DNA of 64,000 nt, taken from the NCBI GenBank assembly GCA_050084515.1, contig CM114271.1, forward strand, positions 32,054,001 to 32,118,000. The letters run 5' to 3'. The translations under genes were made by a program, and so were the position numbers. Of this stretch, positions 53,085 to 64,000 are shown piece by piece. The DNA comes from Blasia pusilla (lineage: Eukaryota). How positions within the stretch are numbered: position 1 is the stretch's first letter; the number at the start of each line of letters is the position of its first letter. The notes beneath the pieces are model-generated. The model saw only the letters and a program-made list of their open reading frames with translations. It ran no database searches and had not been told where the DNA came from.

Positions 53085-56057
53085 GCTATCTACTTAACAC
53101 GCACTCACAATCGAAGTCAACCGTTCCACCAACTTATTGGAGATGTTCTCAAATATCAAAGCAAAGGTGAAGTCTTTCTAGTTGGAGATTTCAATGCTCG
53201 CACACGTACTGCCCAATTTACCCAATTCAGTGATTCCTTGATTTCTCCTCTTCTCGAAGAATATGAGGATAGTTTGTGGTCTAGAATCTCTTCAGATCTT
53301 TCTACAAATCCTTTGACAGAGCATTTTTTAACCTTTGGAGCCACTTGTAATTTGAAAGTTCTTAATGGAACCTCTCATTTTCCCAACTCTCACTCCAATA
53401 CGTGTTTCTCCTCTACCGGCGCTAGCACCATTGATTATCTTCTGTCCTCGCCCGCTGATAGCTCTCTTATCTCTAAATTTGATATTCTAGAACCTCAGCC
53501 TGAATCAGATCATGCACCTCTTTTGTTTACTCTCTCACTATTAAAGGCCATTCCTCTCTCGACATGTCAATCTATTTTAGCTTCTCCCAAGTTTCGCTTA
53601 GATCCAGGTAAAAAAGATCTTTATATGCTACATTTACAAGAACTCTTGACTCGCATTGTATGGAACCCGGATCCAAACACGGCAAGTATGCAACTAACCG
53701 AATTGCTCAAAAACAGTGCATCTAAGTTCTTTTCGCGCCACAGGGATAGAAGTGGTAGGAGGATGCCTTGTAATGGGTGGTTTGACTCTGAATGCAAGCA
53801 AGCAAGGGCACGATCAGTTGATAAATCTTTGGATATCCCAAGTCGGCTTATTATGACCAGCCTTTACAAATACTTGGTGAAATCTAAGAAACGAGCTTTC
53901 TTGCGGGGGAAACAAGAGTCTTTGACAAGGGAGCTGTATGAGGACCCAAATCATTTTGGAGACGGTTAGTAGTACGGTCTTCAAAACCTATTCTTGATCC
54001 CAAATCTTTGATATCTTTTGCTGAAAAGCTCTATTTCTTCCCCGATGCTACATCTATGCCACGTTGTGGAGGAATACCTGGCTTATTCTCTGAAGGAGAG
54101 GTGATGACTCAACTTAGAAGATTGGCGAATGGTAAATGTGAGGATTTGGATGGTCTTTCTATTGAACTTTTCAAGTGGAGAGGAGATTGTATTGGTCCGA
54201 TCCTCACCAAAGTATTGGGTGATGCTGCTATCTATGGTTTTCCTTCAACCTGGTCGCTACGGGAGATTGTTCCTATTCACAAATCAGGAAGGAAGGACTT
54301 GGTAACAAACTATGGCACTATCATGGTGGGTAGTTTTTTTGCCAAGTTGTTTGGGAAATTGGTGGAGTCGAAGTTGAGCACATGGACAGAGACTTTCCAA
54401 AAGAGAGCACGGGTCCAAGATGGTTTTCGTGCAACATACAACACCATCGACCATATCTTGGCCTTGCGTGTTTGGTGGGAGAAATCTAAGGGCAATGGAA
54501 AAGCTTTGTTTTGCGGCTTCATCGATTTCAAGAAATCTTTTGATACTGTACCTCGCAAGCTCTTATGGGAAAGGCTGCAAGACATAAGAGTACCACCAAA
54601 TCTCCTAGCAGCCGTGGCCACGCTATACCAATCCGTTCAGGCCAAGATCAAAGGTTCACAAACTCCATAAATCTTGAGTACCATTGGAGTCATTCAAGGT
54701 TGCCCCCTCTCCCCTACACTTTTTGGAGTTTTCATAGATGACATCGAAAAGTGGTTGGAGGAATGTGATAGTGAAGGTGTCAAGCTTGGGGAGTTTGTCA
54801 TCAAAGCTCTTTTGTATGCAGATGATATCATATTACTAGCACGTGATGGCATTAGTTTACAAAAACACCTCGACACTTTGGCAAGGTTTTGTACCCAGAA
54901 TCAGATGGAGGTTAATATGGAGAAGTCTAAAGTCATTATAGTGGGTACTAGATCCAAGTTCTCATTCTTTTACAAAGGTCTACAATTAGAACAAGTGAAG
55001 AGTTACAAATATCTAGGAATCGATTTCTCTCATGACTATAGTTGGGCACTTTGCGTGCAAAAGAGAGTAGAAGCTGGTTACAAAGCTCTATATTTATTTT
55101 TAAACCGGTGTAGAAGAGCTCATCTTGTGTCTTGGAGTCTTAGGAAATTCTTATTTAGGAGCTTAGTGTTGCCGGTGGTCTTATATGGGACCCAAGTTTG
55201 GGGCCCTAGTTGTAAGAAGACAGATTGGGAGCGCGTGGAAAGAGTGCAAAAGATCTTTCTACAAGAAGAATTGGGTGTAAGAAACCAAACTCCGTATGCT
55301 ATTCTTCTTGCGAAAACAGGTTTTCTTCCTCTAGAAGCTGAAGCTCTTTACTTGACCATCACTTACATCGCAAGGGTGAGATCTCTTGATGTTTCTCGCC
55401 TCCCTCATCAAGCTTTGCGAGCCACACGTTCCATAGGGTGGATAGCAGATGTGGACTTGGTCTTCAAAGTGGAATATGGCAGAACGCGATTGGGACTTGA
55501 AACCGATGGCCCTCCGTGAGCATCTACAGAAGCAATCTCTCAACATCATTTGGAGCAGTCGAGGCACCAAAATGGAGTTTTATCAACTTCATGTCAATCC
55601 TATGCTTGTATATTGTGAACAAGGATACCTACTTGCAGGGATCTCCCCGTTCTTACGACATATTATCGCACGTCATAGAACTGGGTCACATAGGCTAGGA
55701 ATTGAGGAAGGAGGATGGTTTAAAATTGATAGAAGTGAACGAATTTGTAGGTTATGTGACGGAGAAAATATTGAGGATGAAGAGCATGTGTTTGTTACAT
55801 GTCCAAGGTATGAAGAGATTAGACTAGCTCATAAAATAGATGTGGAGAATTTCTATTCTTTACTACAACTAGTGCCGTATGATTTAGGTTGTTATATTAG
55901 GGACGTCATTATTCATCGCTCAAGTGCTCTAGGTTGTAGCTAGGAGAAGGTCTTAACGATCTTTTTCAGGGTCAGTGCATGAATGACTTGTAATGTGTTT
56001 TTCAGCCTTTTGACCCTTTGGATCCCACGGGCTTGATCTATTTACCATTTACCATTA
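53085..56057 (+). mobile_element. 5'-truncated LINE insertion with 7-bp TSD
   Basis: TCTTATG at 53078-53084 and 56058-56064. APE, RT, CCHC and tail tttaccatttaccatta. Confidence 0.95.
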
Positions 56058-56592
56058 TCTTATGACCAGATTGCGCTATTGTTCTCCTTTGCAAACGCCT
56101 ATCTGAGTGATAGGGGCTGCTTCTTGGTGTTGACTGGAGGGAGCGAGTACGAGCTCTTCAACCTCGAGTGCGTCAAGAGGTCGCTAAAGTGGAGGACGGC
56201 GCAATCGTGGATCATAAAAAACGAGTACCCACTCTGATCCGCGATGAGTCAGATTCGGATAAGGCTCAATTCCTGTACTATAATCTCAATTATATTTTAA
56301 TGATGTGTATAATGAGTGTTCATCTCCGTTGAGTGAGTATAATGAGTGTCAATCTCCTTTTTTTTTGTCCGTGAGCAACCCGTCGGAAGGCGACGGGTTG
56401 CTGGCTTAGAGCAGCCCATGCTCGGTTGAGAGCAACCCGTCGGTTTCCACTAGGTTGCATCTTTCCCACATACATAGGGAAAACCGTGGTGTACCTGCAA
56501 CCCGTCGGAACCCAACGGGTTGCACTTGCTTTTGGTTTTTCCCTGTGTTTTCGGAAAGCTGCAACCCATCTGATAGCGACGGGTTGCTCTCA

Positions 56593-56676
56593 GGCGAGCA
56601 TGGGCTGCTCTTAGGCGAGCATGGGCTGCTCTTAGGCGAGCATGGGCTGCTCTTAGGCGAGCATGGGCTGCTCTAG
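56593..56676. repeat. 21-bp tandem repeat x4 (GGCGAGCATGGGCTGCTCTTA) inside the putative intron
   Basis: Direct reading. Confidence 0.92.
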
Positions 56677-57893
56677 GCCAGCAAAAGGCGACGGGTTGCT
56701 CACGGACAAAAACAACGGAGCCTGACGGGTTGTTTTAGTCCGTGACCAACCCGTCGGAAGGCGACGGGTTGGTCCGGGACAAAACAACCCGTCGGACTCC
56801 GACAGGTTGATCCAAAGTCAGTAATTGAAAATGTTCTCAAGCCGACTTCTTTAGTTGCTGACATTGTTTCCAACGTGCTTATTTACAGATGGACCACTCC
56901 TACGTGTACTGCTTCGTTCGGCCCGAGCACAATTTCCAGGTGTTCAAGATCCAGGATCCTGTGGATCCATGCTCAGATGCGTACAACTTAGATAGTTTGT
57001 ACAATTCCCCCCCGGGAATTTACATGCAAGACAGTACCCCACTTCTGGGAGGAAGGGAAAAGTCGCCAGCCCTGATGCAAACGCTCATCGAGCTCTGCTC
57101 AAGGCCGGGTGACTTGGTGTTCGACTTAGTGGGACTTTCAGGGGCAAGTATCAAAGGCGCCTGGCAGAGTGGCAGGAACATTCTCTGCCTTGAGGGAAAG
57201 CAGGAATTGTTTGACCTTTGCAAGGAGGCAAAGGTAGAATACGAAAGGCTGGTTGGGGTGTACAACTCTCCACCGAAGCCGAGAGCTTTGATTCCAAACC
57301 CACCCTTGGTAGTGACTCCACCGTAACTTCCAACGATTCCAAAAATCGGGAGGGCAAGGCCGAAAGTAATTTTGCAAGAGCTCTGTGACGATGACGAGTG
57401 AGTTCAAAGAACTCAACGACCCATCTTGACTGCAGCGTTTGGAGTAGGGAGTTTTTTTTATGATGAGGCAAAAGATTTCATAGAATAGATCAAATGTACA
57501 GTTTCGAGCTTTTTTCGGATGATATAAAGCAGAAGATTTTTTCGAACGATGGTGGTGCTTGTAAAAGTTTGCTGAACATTTTTTTGTCTTTTCGAATGTG
57601 ATCGTCTATATACTCCGCGGACTTCTATTTTGCAACGCGTCGGATTTCTGCTGCTTGCAACTTTTCACTTTTTGACCACTGCAACCCGTCGGATTTCTCC
57701 TGCTTGCAACTTTCACTTTTTGACCACTGCACCTTTTTACCACCTCCAGGAAACCTGTCGGATTCCAACAGGTTGCCTGATCGGACTCTTTCCCTGTTTG
57801 TCCAACTTAAGAGGCAGTCTGGCGGAATTTTTCCCTTGGCACCTTCCCCTCAACTCGTAAAGGCAGGCGTAGGCTTCTTTTCTTCTCTCAGAC

Positions 57894-58214
57894 GTGTTGG
57901 ATTCCTACTGCCTGTGCGATTGCCATAATCGTATTACCGGGGACGGAGCACATATTGATACTGGATGGGTGTCACATTGCAGAGCATACAAGGTATATTG
58001 CCGAGGCAGGCGGTGGGACTCAAATCAGGTTATATGGGACCGTTATGGTGTACCTAGGGGGGGGCCAAGGCTCTCGAATTCACCAACATTTTCGATCCCC
58101 GTCTACAATCGGCCAGAGGAGCCACTTGTATCCCAGGACATTCCTTTGGTACTGTCACCGAGGAGAGTTAGGAGTAAATTTGTAGATGACGAGGCTGAAG
58201 AAATCATAGACTAG
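57894..58214 (+). CDS. Small TE-borne ORF or exon of unknown function (copy 2)
   Basis: GAHIDTGWVSHCRAYKVYCRGRRWDSNQV...FVDDEAEEIID, homologous to 21217-21531. Confidence 0.45.
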   Translation: MLDSYCLCDCHNRITGDGAHIDTGWVSHCRAYKVYCRGRRWDSNQVIWDRYGVPRGGPRLSNSPTFSIPVYNRPEEPLVSQDIPLVLSPRRVRSKFVDDEAEEIID

Positions 58215-59213
58215 GTCAAATGTACATTTCCGAGGTTCCTTCGGAGGTAATAAAGGACGAGATTTTTTCAACCCATAATGGTGTTTGTAAAAGTTTGCAC
58301 GAATATTTATTTGGACTTGTGGATTGTGTTCTTTTAGCTACTCAGAATTACAATTCTGCAACCCGTATGATTCCGACGGGTTGCAACTTTTTGCTTTTTG
58401 CCCACTGCAACTTTTTAATCATTTCCAGGCAAGTTGTCGGATTCCGACAGGTTGAATGCTTGAGTGATCGGACTCTTTCCCTGTGAGACCAACTTCTGAC
58501 GCATTGTGGCGGGCTTCTTAACTTTTGGCTCGTTCCCCTACATTCGTCAAACCAGTTGTAGCCTTCTTTTCTTGTCTAAGATGTGCACGATTCCTACTAC
58601 CTATCGGATTGCCATTTCGGATTCCCAACTTGTTAGATCGTCGTGGGTGTAGGGTGGAAGAAAATCACTTCTAAAAATCTTTCCTTTCTTATGGTGAGCT
58701 TTCTTACGGGTTGGGAGGGGTGCAGCTTCTTGGTTTCTCAGCCTTAGGATCTGATGTGTTCACATTTCACAAAGTTGGTCTTGAGGAGACACCATTCATA
58801 ACCAACACAAAGTTGGTTATGGGGCAATTTAGGGGAGGCCATGATGCAGGCAACAATCCCTGCAAAAAGAGAGGTTGGCATCCGGGTGGTCCTGCAACAA
58901 AAATACCAAGGGCACTGCTTTTTGTTGACCGAGACAGGGAATGTTAAGAAACTTAGGCTCACGTGGAGAGTGATGGAAAAATGTTTGTAGTGGTCTTATG
59001 ATGTCTCCTTTTTTCTCGCCCCCAGGAAAGAGGAGGTTTTTTTAGGGCCAAATGTGGACCACTAAATACTCTCTTCTAAAGATTTCCTGAATTTGAAAGC
59101 AAACAAAAATTTCAAATATGTCAAAAAGTTTTGAAGAGAGGAGGCGGATTTGACACTTTTTTTTTAACAGAGACTCTCCTCTCTTCCTCTCTCTTGCCAG
59201 AATACCTGCCCCC

Positions 59214-62200
59214 CACTTGCAATCGGAGTCAACCGTTTCTCGACACAAGGATAGAAATGCTAGGAGGTTGCCTTGTAATGGGTGGTTTGACTCTAAATGC
59301 AAGCAAGCAAGGTTAAGATAAGTGGACAAATCTTTGGATATCCAAATTCAGCTTATCATGACGCGCCTTTACAAACACTTGGTGAAATCCAAGAAACGAG
59401 CTTTCTTGCAGCGGAAGCAAGAGTCCTTAACAAGGGTACTCCATGACAACCCCAAATCATTCTGGAGACAGTTAATAGTATGGTCTTCAAAACCAACTCT
59501 TGATTTCGAGTCTTGGATATCTTTTGCTGAAAAGCTCTACTTCTTTCCCCAAGCTACATCTATGCCGCGTTGTGAAGGCATATCAAGCTTATTCTCTGAA
59601 GTAGAGGTGATGACTCAACTAAGAAGATGTGTCAAATGGTGTGAAGATCGATAGCAGTTGTTATGTGGAATTTATGGTGATATGCATATGCATGACACTT
59701 GGAAAAGGAAATAATTGTTGGAAAATGTGCGCATCTGGATGGTCTTTCTATTGATCTTCTCAGTGGGGAGGCGCATCTTGATAAGTCAACTTTGGATATC
59801 TTAAGATTTGTCCACTGATCTTAATCTTGCTTGCTTGCATTCAGAGTCAAACCACCCATTACAAGGCAAACTCTTAGCACTTCTATTCCTGTGCCGGGAA
59901 AAAAACTTGGATGTAGTGTTCTTGAGCAATTCGATTAGTTGCAAGCTTGTCGTCTGTGGATCAGAGCTCCATATAATGTAAGTCAAGACTTCTTGTAAAT
60001 CTAGTCTGTAAAGATCTTTTCTACAAGGATCTAAGTGAAACTTCCGAGAAGCTAAAGTATATTGACATGTCGAGAGAGGAATTGCTTTTGACATTGAAAG
60101 AGTAAACAAAAGAGGGGCATGATCTAATTCAGACTGAGGGTCTAAAATGCCAAATGCAGAGATATGAGACCTATCAGTGGGCGAAGAGAGAAGATAGTCG
60201 ATGGTGCTAGCATCGGTAGAGGAGAAACATATATTGGAGTGAGATTTGGGAAAATGAGAGGTTCCATTAAGAACATTCAAATTACAAGTGGCTCCGAAAG
60301 TTAAAAAATGCTTCGTCAAAGGATTTATAGAAAGATCTGAAGAGATTCTAGACCGCAAACCATCCTCTGGTTCTTCGAGAAGAGGAGCAGTCAAGGAATC
60401 ACTGAATTGGGTAAATTGAGTAGTACTTGTGCGAGCATTGAAATCCCCAACTAGAAAGACTTCACCTTTGCTTTGATATTTGAAAAATCCCCAATAAGTC
60501 GATGAAACGGTTGACTCTGATTGCAAGTGCACGTTAAGTAGATAGACATGGAAAATGGAGCAAAATAACAACATTCCACATAACAATAAGATTCCCCAAC
60601 CAAACCTAGATGTAGCCAATGATATTGGTACTCGATATCTTGATCTTCTAGAAGTATGAAAGATAGAAATTGAGACATGATGAAAGTAGCAATACCGCCA
60701 TAATCCCTTCTTGCGTGTTTCCTTCTTTGGTTCCATCTCGATCCCACCAAAGTAAACCCTTGGATCTCCTCAATTGATGATGTCTGCCGTATTCCAAACT
60801 GGTAGAGCACTCACATACTTTGTTGTTAAAAGGCCTCGTATATTCCACATCAACACTCTCAGCGTTTTTTTTGACCTTTGCAAGCTCTTTCTCCTAGCTT
60901 TGACTTATAGAGGTGTAAGATCGGGATCCAACCATATCCTCCGTCCTTTGAGAATGGCCTTGTTAGCCATGGCGGTATCACGTTGAGTTTGATCAACAAA
61001 CTTAAATAGAATAGCATGAGGCTGTGTTCCCATTTTCCCAATGCGGAAAGCATGAGCCAAGTCCGAGTTGTGAACATGAAGTGCATCGACCAAGAACTTG
61101 GTGAGAACACTCTTCACCTCTTCGCTCTCTGTTTCCGGCAATCCGGAGAGTCTCACATTCTTTCTAGGAGCAAATTGGTTTTCCTTTTCTATCTCTTGCT
61201 CTTGACAGAAAGAGACATGAGCAACCTTTGTAGCTTCAGCATAAGATTTCATTTTCACTTCCAAAGTTTCAATAACTCATACAATTTGACCCTTTGGGTC
61301 CCACGGGCTTGATATGTTTATCATTTACCATTTACCAATTCAAAATTATTGGGAATAGTCGCTAATGATGATGCCTTCTGTTGAACATCCGTTGCAGATT
61401 TGGAAAGATAAACCATCACACTAGAGCTATCTTTCAACAACTTCTTCAAAACCTCTTGCGTTATCTTCAACTCTCGGATTGAATATGTACAAGGTTCAAT
61501 TGAGAAGTTTGTACCTTGAATTCTTGTCAAATCTCTTTCAATTCATGCAAGACCACTTGCACTAGATTCAAGATTTCGTCTTGAGTAGTCATCATGTAGT
61601 CTATTTCAATACATCCAAGATATTGCATGACCTCCAATCAAGTAGAGCAGAATCTTCAACACCACACAACTTCTACTCTAAGAGTTGGTTGTGCTTGAAA
61701 TTTCTAGAGCTTATGCTTCTCCTCACATTCCACAATTTCTCAGAATCTCAATTTCATATGACACTCCACGTGAAAGGTATGGCCTCTGCAAGATTTAGAT
61801 TTGAAATCCTCAAATGTGGAAGAGAAGAAACTCAAATCTCTCACAACTTCGTCTCTGTAACTCGATTGGCCTTGAAATTTTTAAGGCTAGGGCGCCTCCT
61901 CACATTCCACATCTTCTTCCATACTTATATTCATATGACACTCCACGTGAAAGATATGGCCTCCGCAAGATTTTGATCTAAAATCTTCAAATATGGGCGA
62001 GCAGAAACTCAAATCTCTCACAACTTCGTTTCTGTAACTTGGTTGGCCTTAAAATTTGCAGTGCTAAGGTGTCATTCCTTGTCTCCTCAAAATCTCAGCT
62101 TCATGTGACACTTCACCTGAAAGATAAGGCATCCGCAAGATTCACATCTGAAATCTTCAAATGTAGAGATCAGTGTTGCCGGTGGTCTTATATGTAATCC

Positions 62201-63468
62201 AAGTTTGGAGCCCTAGTTGTAATGATAAATGGTAAATAGATCAAGCCCATGGAACCCAAAGGGTCAAAAGGTTCAGATCTGAAATCCTCAAATTCAGATT
62301 CAGATCGAAAATCCTCTAATCTAAAAGAGCAGAAACTCAAATATCTCACAACTATCAAAAACACTGCATCTAAGTTCTTTTCGCGGCACGGGAATAGAAG
62401 TGATGTATAGGAGGTTACCTTATAATGGGTGGTTTGACTCTGAATGCAAGCAAGCAAGGATTAGATCAGTAGATAAATCTTTGGATATCCAAAGTCGGCT
62501 TATTTTGACGAGCCTTTACAAATACTTGGTGAAATCTAAGAAATAATCTTTCTTGCGGCGGAAGCAAGAGTCCTTGACAAGAGAGCTGCATGACAACCCC
62601 AAATCATTTCGGAGATGCTTAGTAGTACGGTCTTATAAAACCTACTCTTGATCCCAAGTCTTTGATATCTTTTGCCGAAAAGCTCTATTTCTTCCCCGAT
62701 ACTACATCTATGCCACGTTGTGAAGGAATACCTCGCTTATTTTCTGAAGCAGAGGTTATGACTCAACTAAGAAGATTAGCAAATGGTAAATGTGAGGATT
62801 TGGATGGTCTTTCTATTGAACTTTTCAAGTGTGGAGGAGATTCTATTGGACCGATCCTCACCAAAGTCTTGGGTGATGCTGCTACCTATCATGTCCAAAG
62901 AGGAATTTCCTTTGACAATGAGAGAGTAAACAAAAGAGGTGCATGATCTTATTTGGGCTAAGGTTCTAAAATATCAAATGTAGAGATAAGAGAGTTATTA
63001 GCGGGCGAGGACAGAAGATAATCGATGGTACTAGCGCCGATAGAGGAGAAACACATATTGGAGTGAAAGATGGGAAAATGAGAGGTTCCATTAAGAACTT
63101 TAAAATTACAAGTGACTCCGAAAGTTTAAAAAAATGCTTTGTCAAAGGATTTGTAGAAAGATCTGAAGACATTCTAGACCACAAACCATCCTCATGTTCT
63201 TCGAGAAGAGCAGAAGTCAAGGAATCACTAAATTGGGTAAATTAAGCAATATGTATGCAAGCATTGAAATCCCCAACTAGAAAGACTTCACCTTTGCTTT
63301 GATATTTGAGAACATCTCCAATAAGTTGATGAAACGGTTGACTCCAATTTCAAGTGCGTGTTGAGTAGATAGGCATGGATAGTGGTGCAAAATCACAAAC
63401 TGTCAAAAAACAATAAGATCCCCCAACCAAACGAAGACATAGCCAATGATATTGGCCCTCGATATCTT
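59214..63468. mobile_element. Scrambled, decayed LINE fragments in both orientations (APE, ORF1, 5' monomers, tails)
   Basis: APE at 59801-60860 (-), ORF1 at 60865-61600 (-), monomers at 61640-62170, linker at 62355-62890 (+), APE at 62890-63468 (-). Confidence 0.88.
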
Positions 63469-64000
63469 GAGGTGCGGTAAGAGGAGAGGAAGAGAGGAAG
63501 AGAGGAGAGAGGAGAGAGGAAACTACCTTCAACCGAAATAGATACTTTTTTTTGAAGAGAATTTCCGTTGGGTTGAAGAGAGGAAACTTTTTGTGTGAAT
63601 ATTTTAGCACTTTTTTGTTCATTTATTAAACAATCCCACAGTTTTTTTTTCCTCTTCCATATTTTGGCAACCCCTGTGAGTCCGACGAGTTGCAAATTGC
63701 TCAAAATTTAGAAAACTGAAAAATCAGTGGAATCATAAGTGTGGAACCAATCACTTTTTCCATCCAAGGTCAGGAAAAAATCTATCATTTGCCCCGGGCT
63801 GAATAGAGTTCAAGCTCAAGGTGAAGGTTGAGGAAAAATAAAAATACAATCTAAAACCTCATTTTGCATCCTCAAAGTGGTTTGTTTAAAATACTTCGCA
63901 CTTCTTTGAGGGACAGAATTGGTTGGTGGATTCCTACTCCTACCTCCGACTCTCTTAAAACTACCAGCAACACATAGTACATGTGCTTACAAGGGAAATA
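63469..64000 (-). mobile_element. Terminus and SWIM-gene 3' end of the MULE-like element; continues beyond the window
   Basis: Nearly identical to 11460-11988. Confidence 0.85.

Larger units (their letters stand above)
51242..57326 (+). pseudogene. Large protein with C-terminal beta-class amino-methyltransferase (N6_N4_Mtase-like) domain. Segments 51242-53084, 56065-~56263 and 56889-57326
   Basis: Motif order IV-VIII-X-I: VDLLIVDLPSG (52988-53020); after removing the LINE, in frame LFSFANAYLSDRGCFLVL...QSWIIKN; after acceptor tttacag, HSYVYCFVR...EKSPALMQTLIELCSRPGDLVFDLVGLSGAS..GA.QSGRNILCLE. A stop or frameshift near 56235 and the LINE inactivate this copy. Confidence 0.78.
50539..59213 (+). 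mobile_element. TIR DNA transposon carrying an N4C/N6A DNA-methyltransferase-domain gene; no transposase seen; interrupted by a LINE
   Basis: Left end GAGGGCTGGTATTCTGGCAA versus right end TTGCCAGAATACCTGCCCCC. 50539-50820 is the reverse complement of about 58945-59213, with further inverted patches (50935-51070 vs 58710-58780). No matching TSD. Confidence 0.8.

Noticed and set aside
51242-53170. 642-aa ORF as a complete gene
   Set aside because: Its last ~28 codons are out-of-frame LINE sequence. The real frame resumes at 56065.

Overview
This window is eukaryotic, land-plant-type DNA (probably a non-seed plant such as a bryophyte or lycophyte; an inference from the TE families) and is mostly nested, decayed transposons. 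It holds one host gene, a 9-exon RluA-family chloroplast-type RNA pseudouridine synthase at 36.5-40.5 kb on the minus strand. The transposon content is: (i) more than 10 copies or fragments of one non-LTR retrotransposon (ORF1 + APE-RT-CCHC, (ATTTACC)n tail); (ii) Ty3/Gypsy LTR elements, one with a C5 DNA-methyltransferase motif between protease and RT, and one pol ending in a PHD finger; (iii) Mutator-like DNA transposon pieces (SWIM finger, arrays of a ~27-29 bp palindrome); (iv) a Helitron PIF1 remnant. The most interesting object is a TIR-bounded element at 50539-59213, with a second partial copy at 20776-23004. It carries an intron-containing gene whose C-terminus is a prokaryote-like beta-class N4-cytosine/N6-adenine DNA methyltransferase domain. 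The ORF track hides this domain because a LINE insertion (TSD TCTTATG) and an intron split it. All calls come from reading motifs by eye; no database searches were run.
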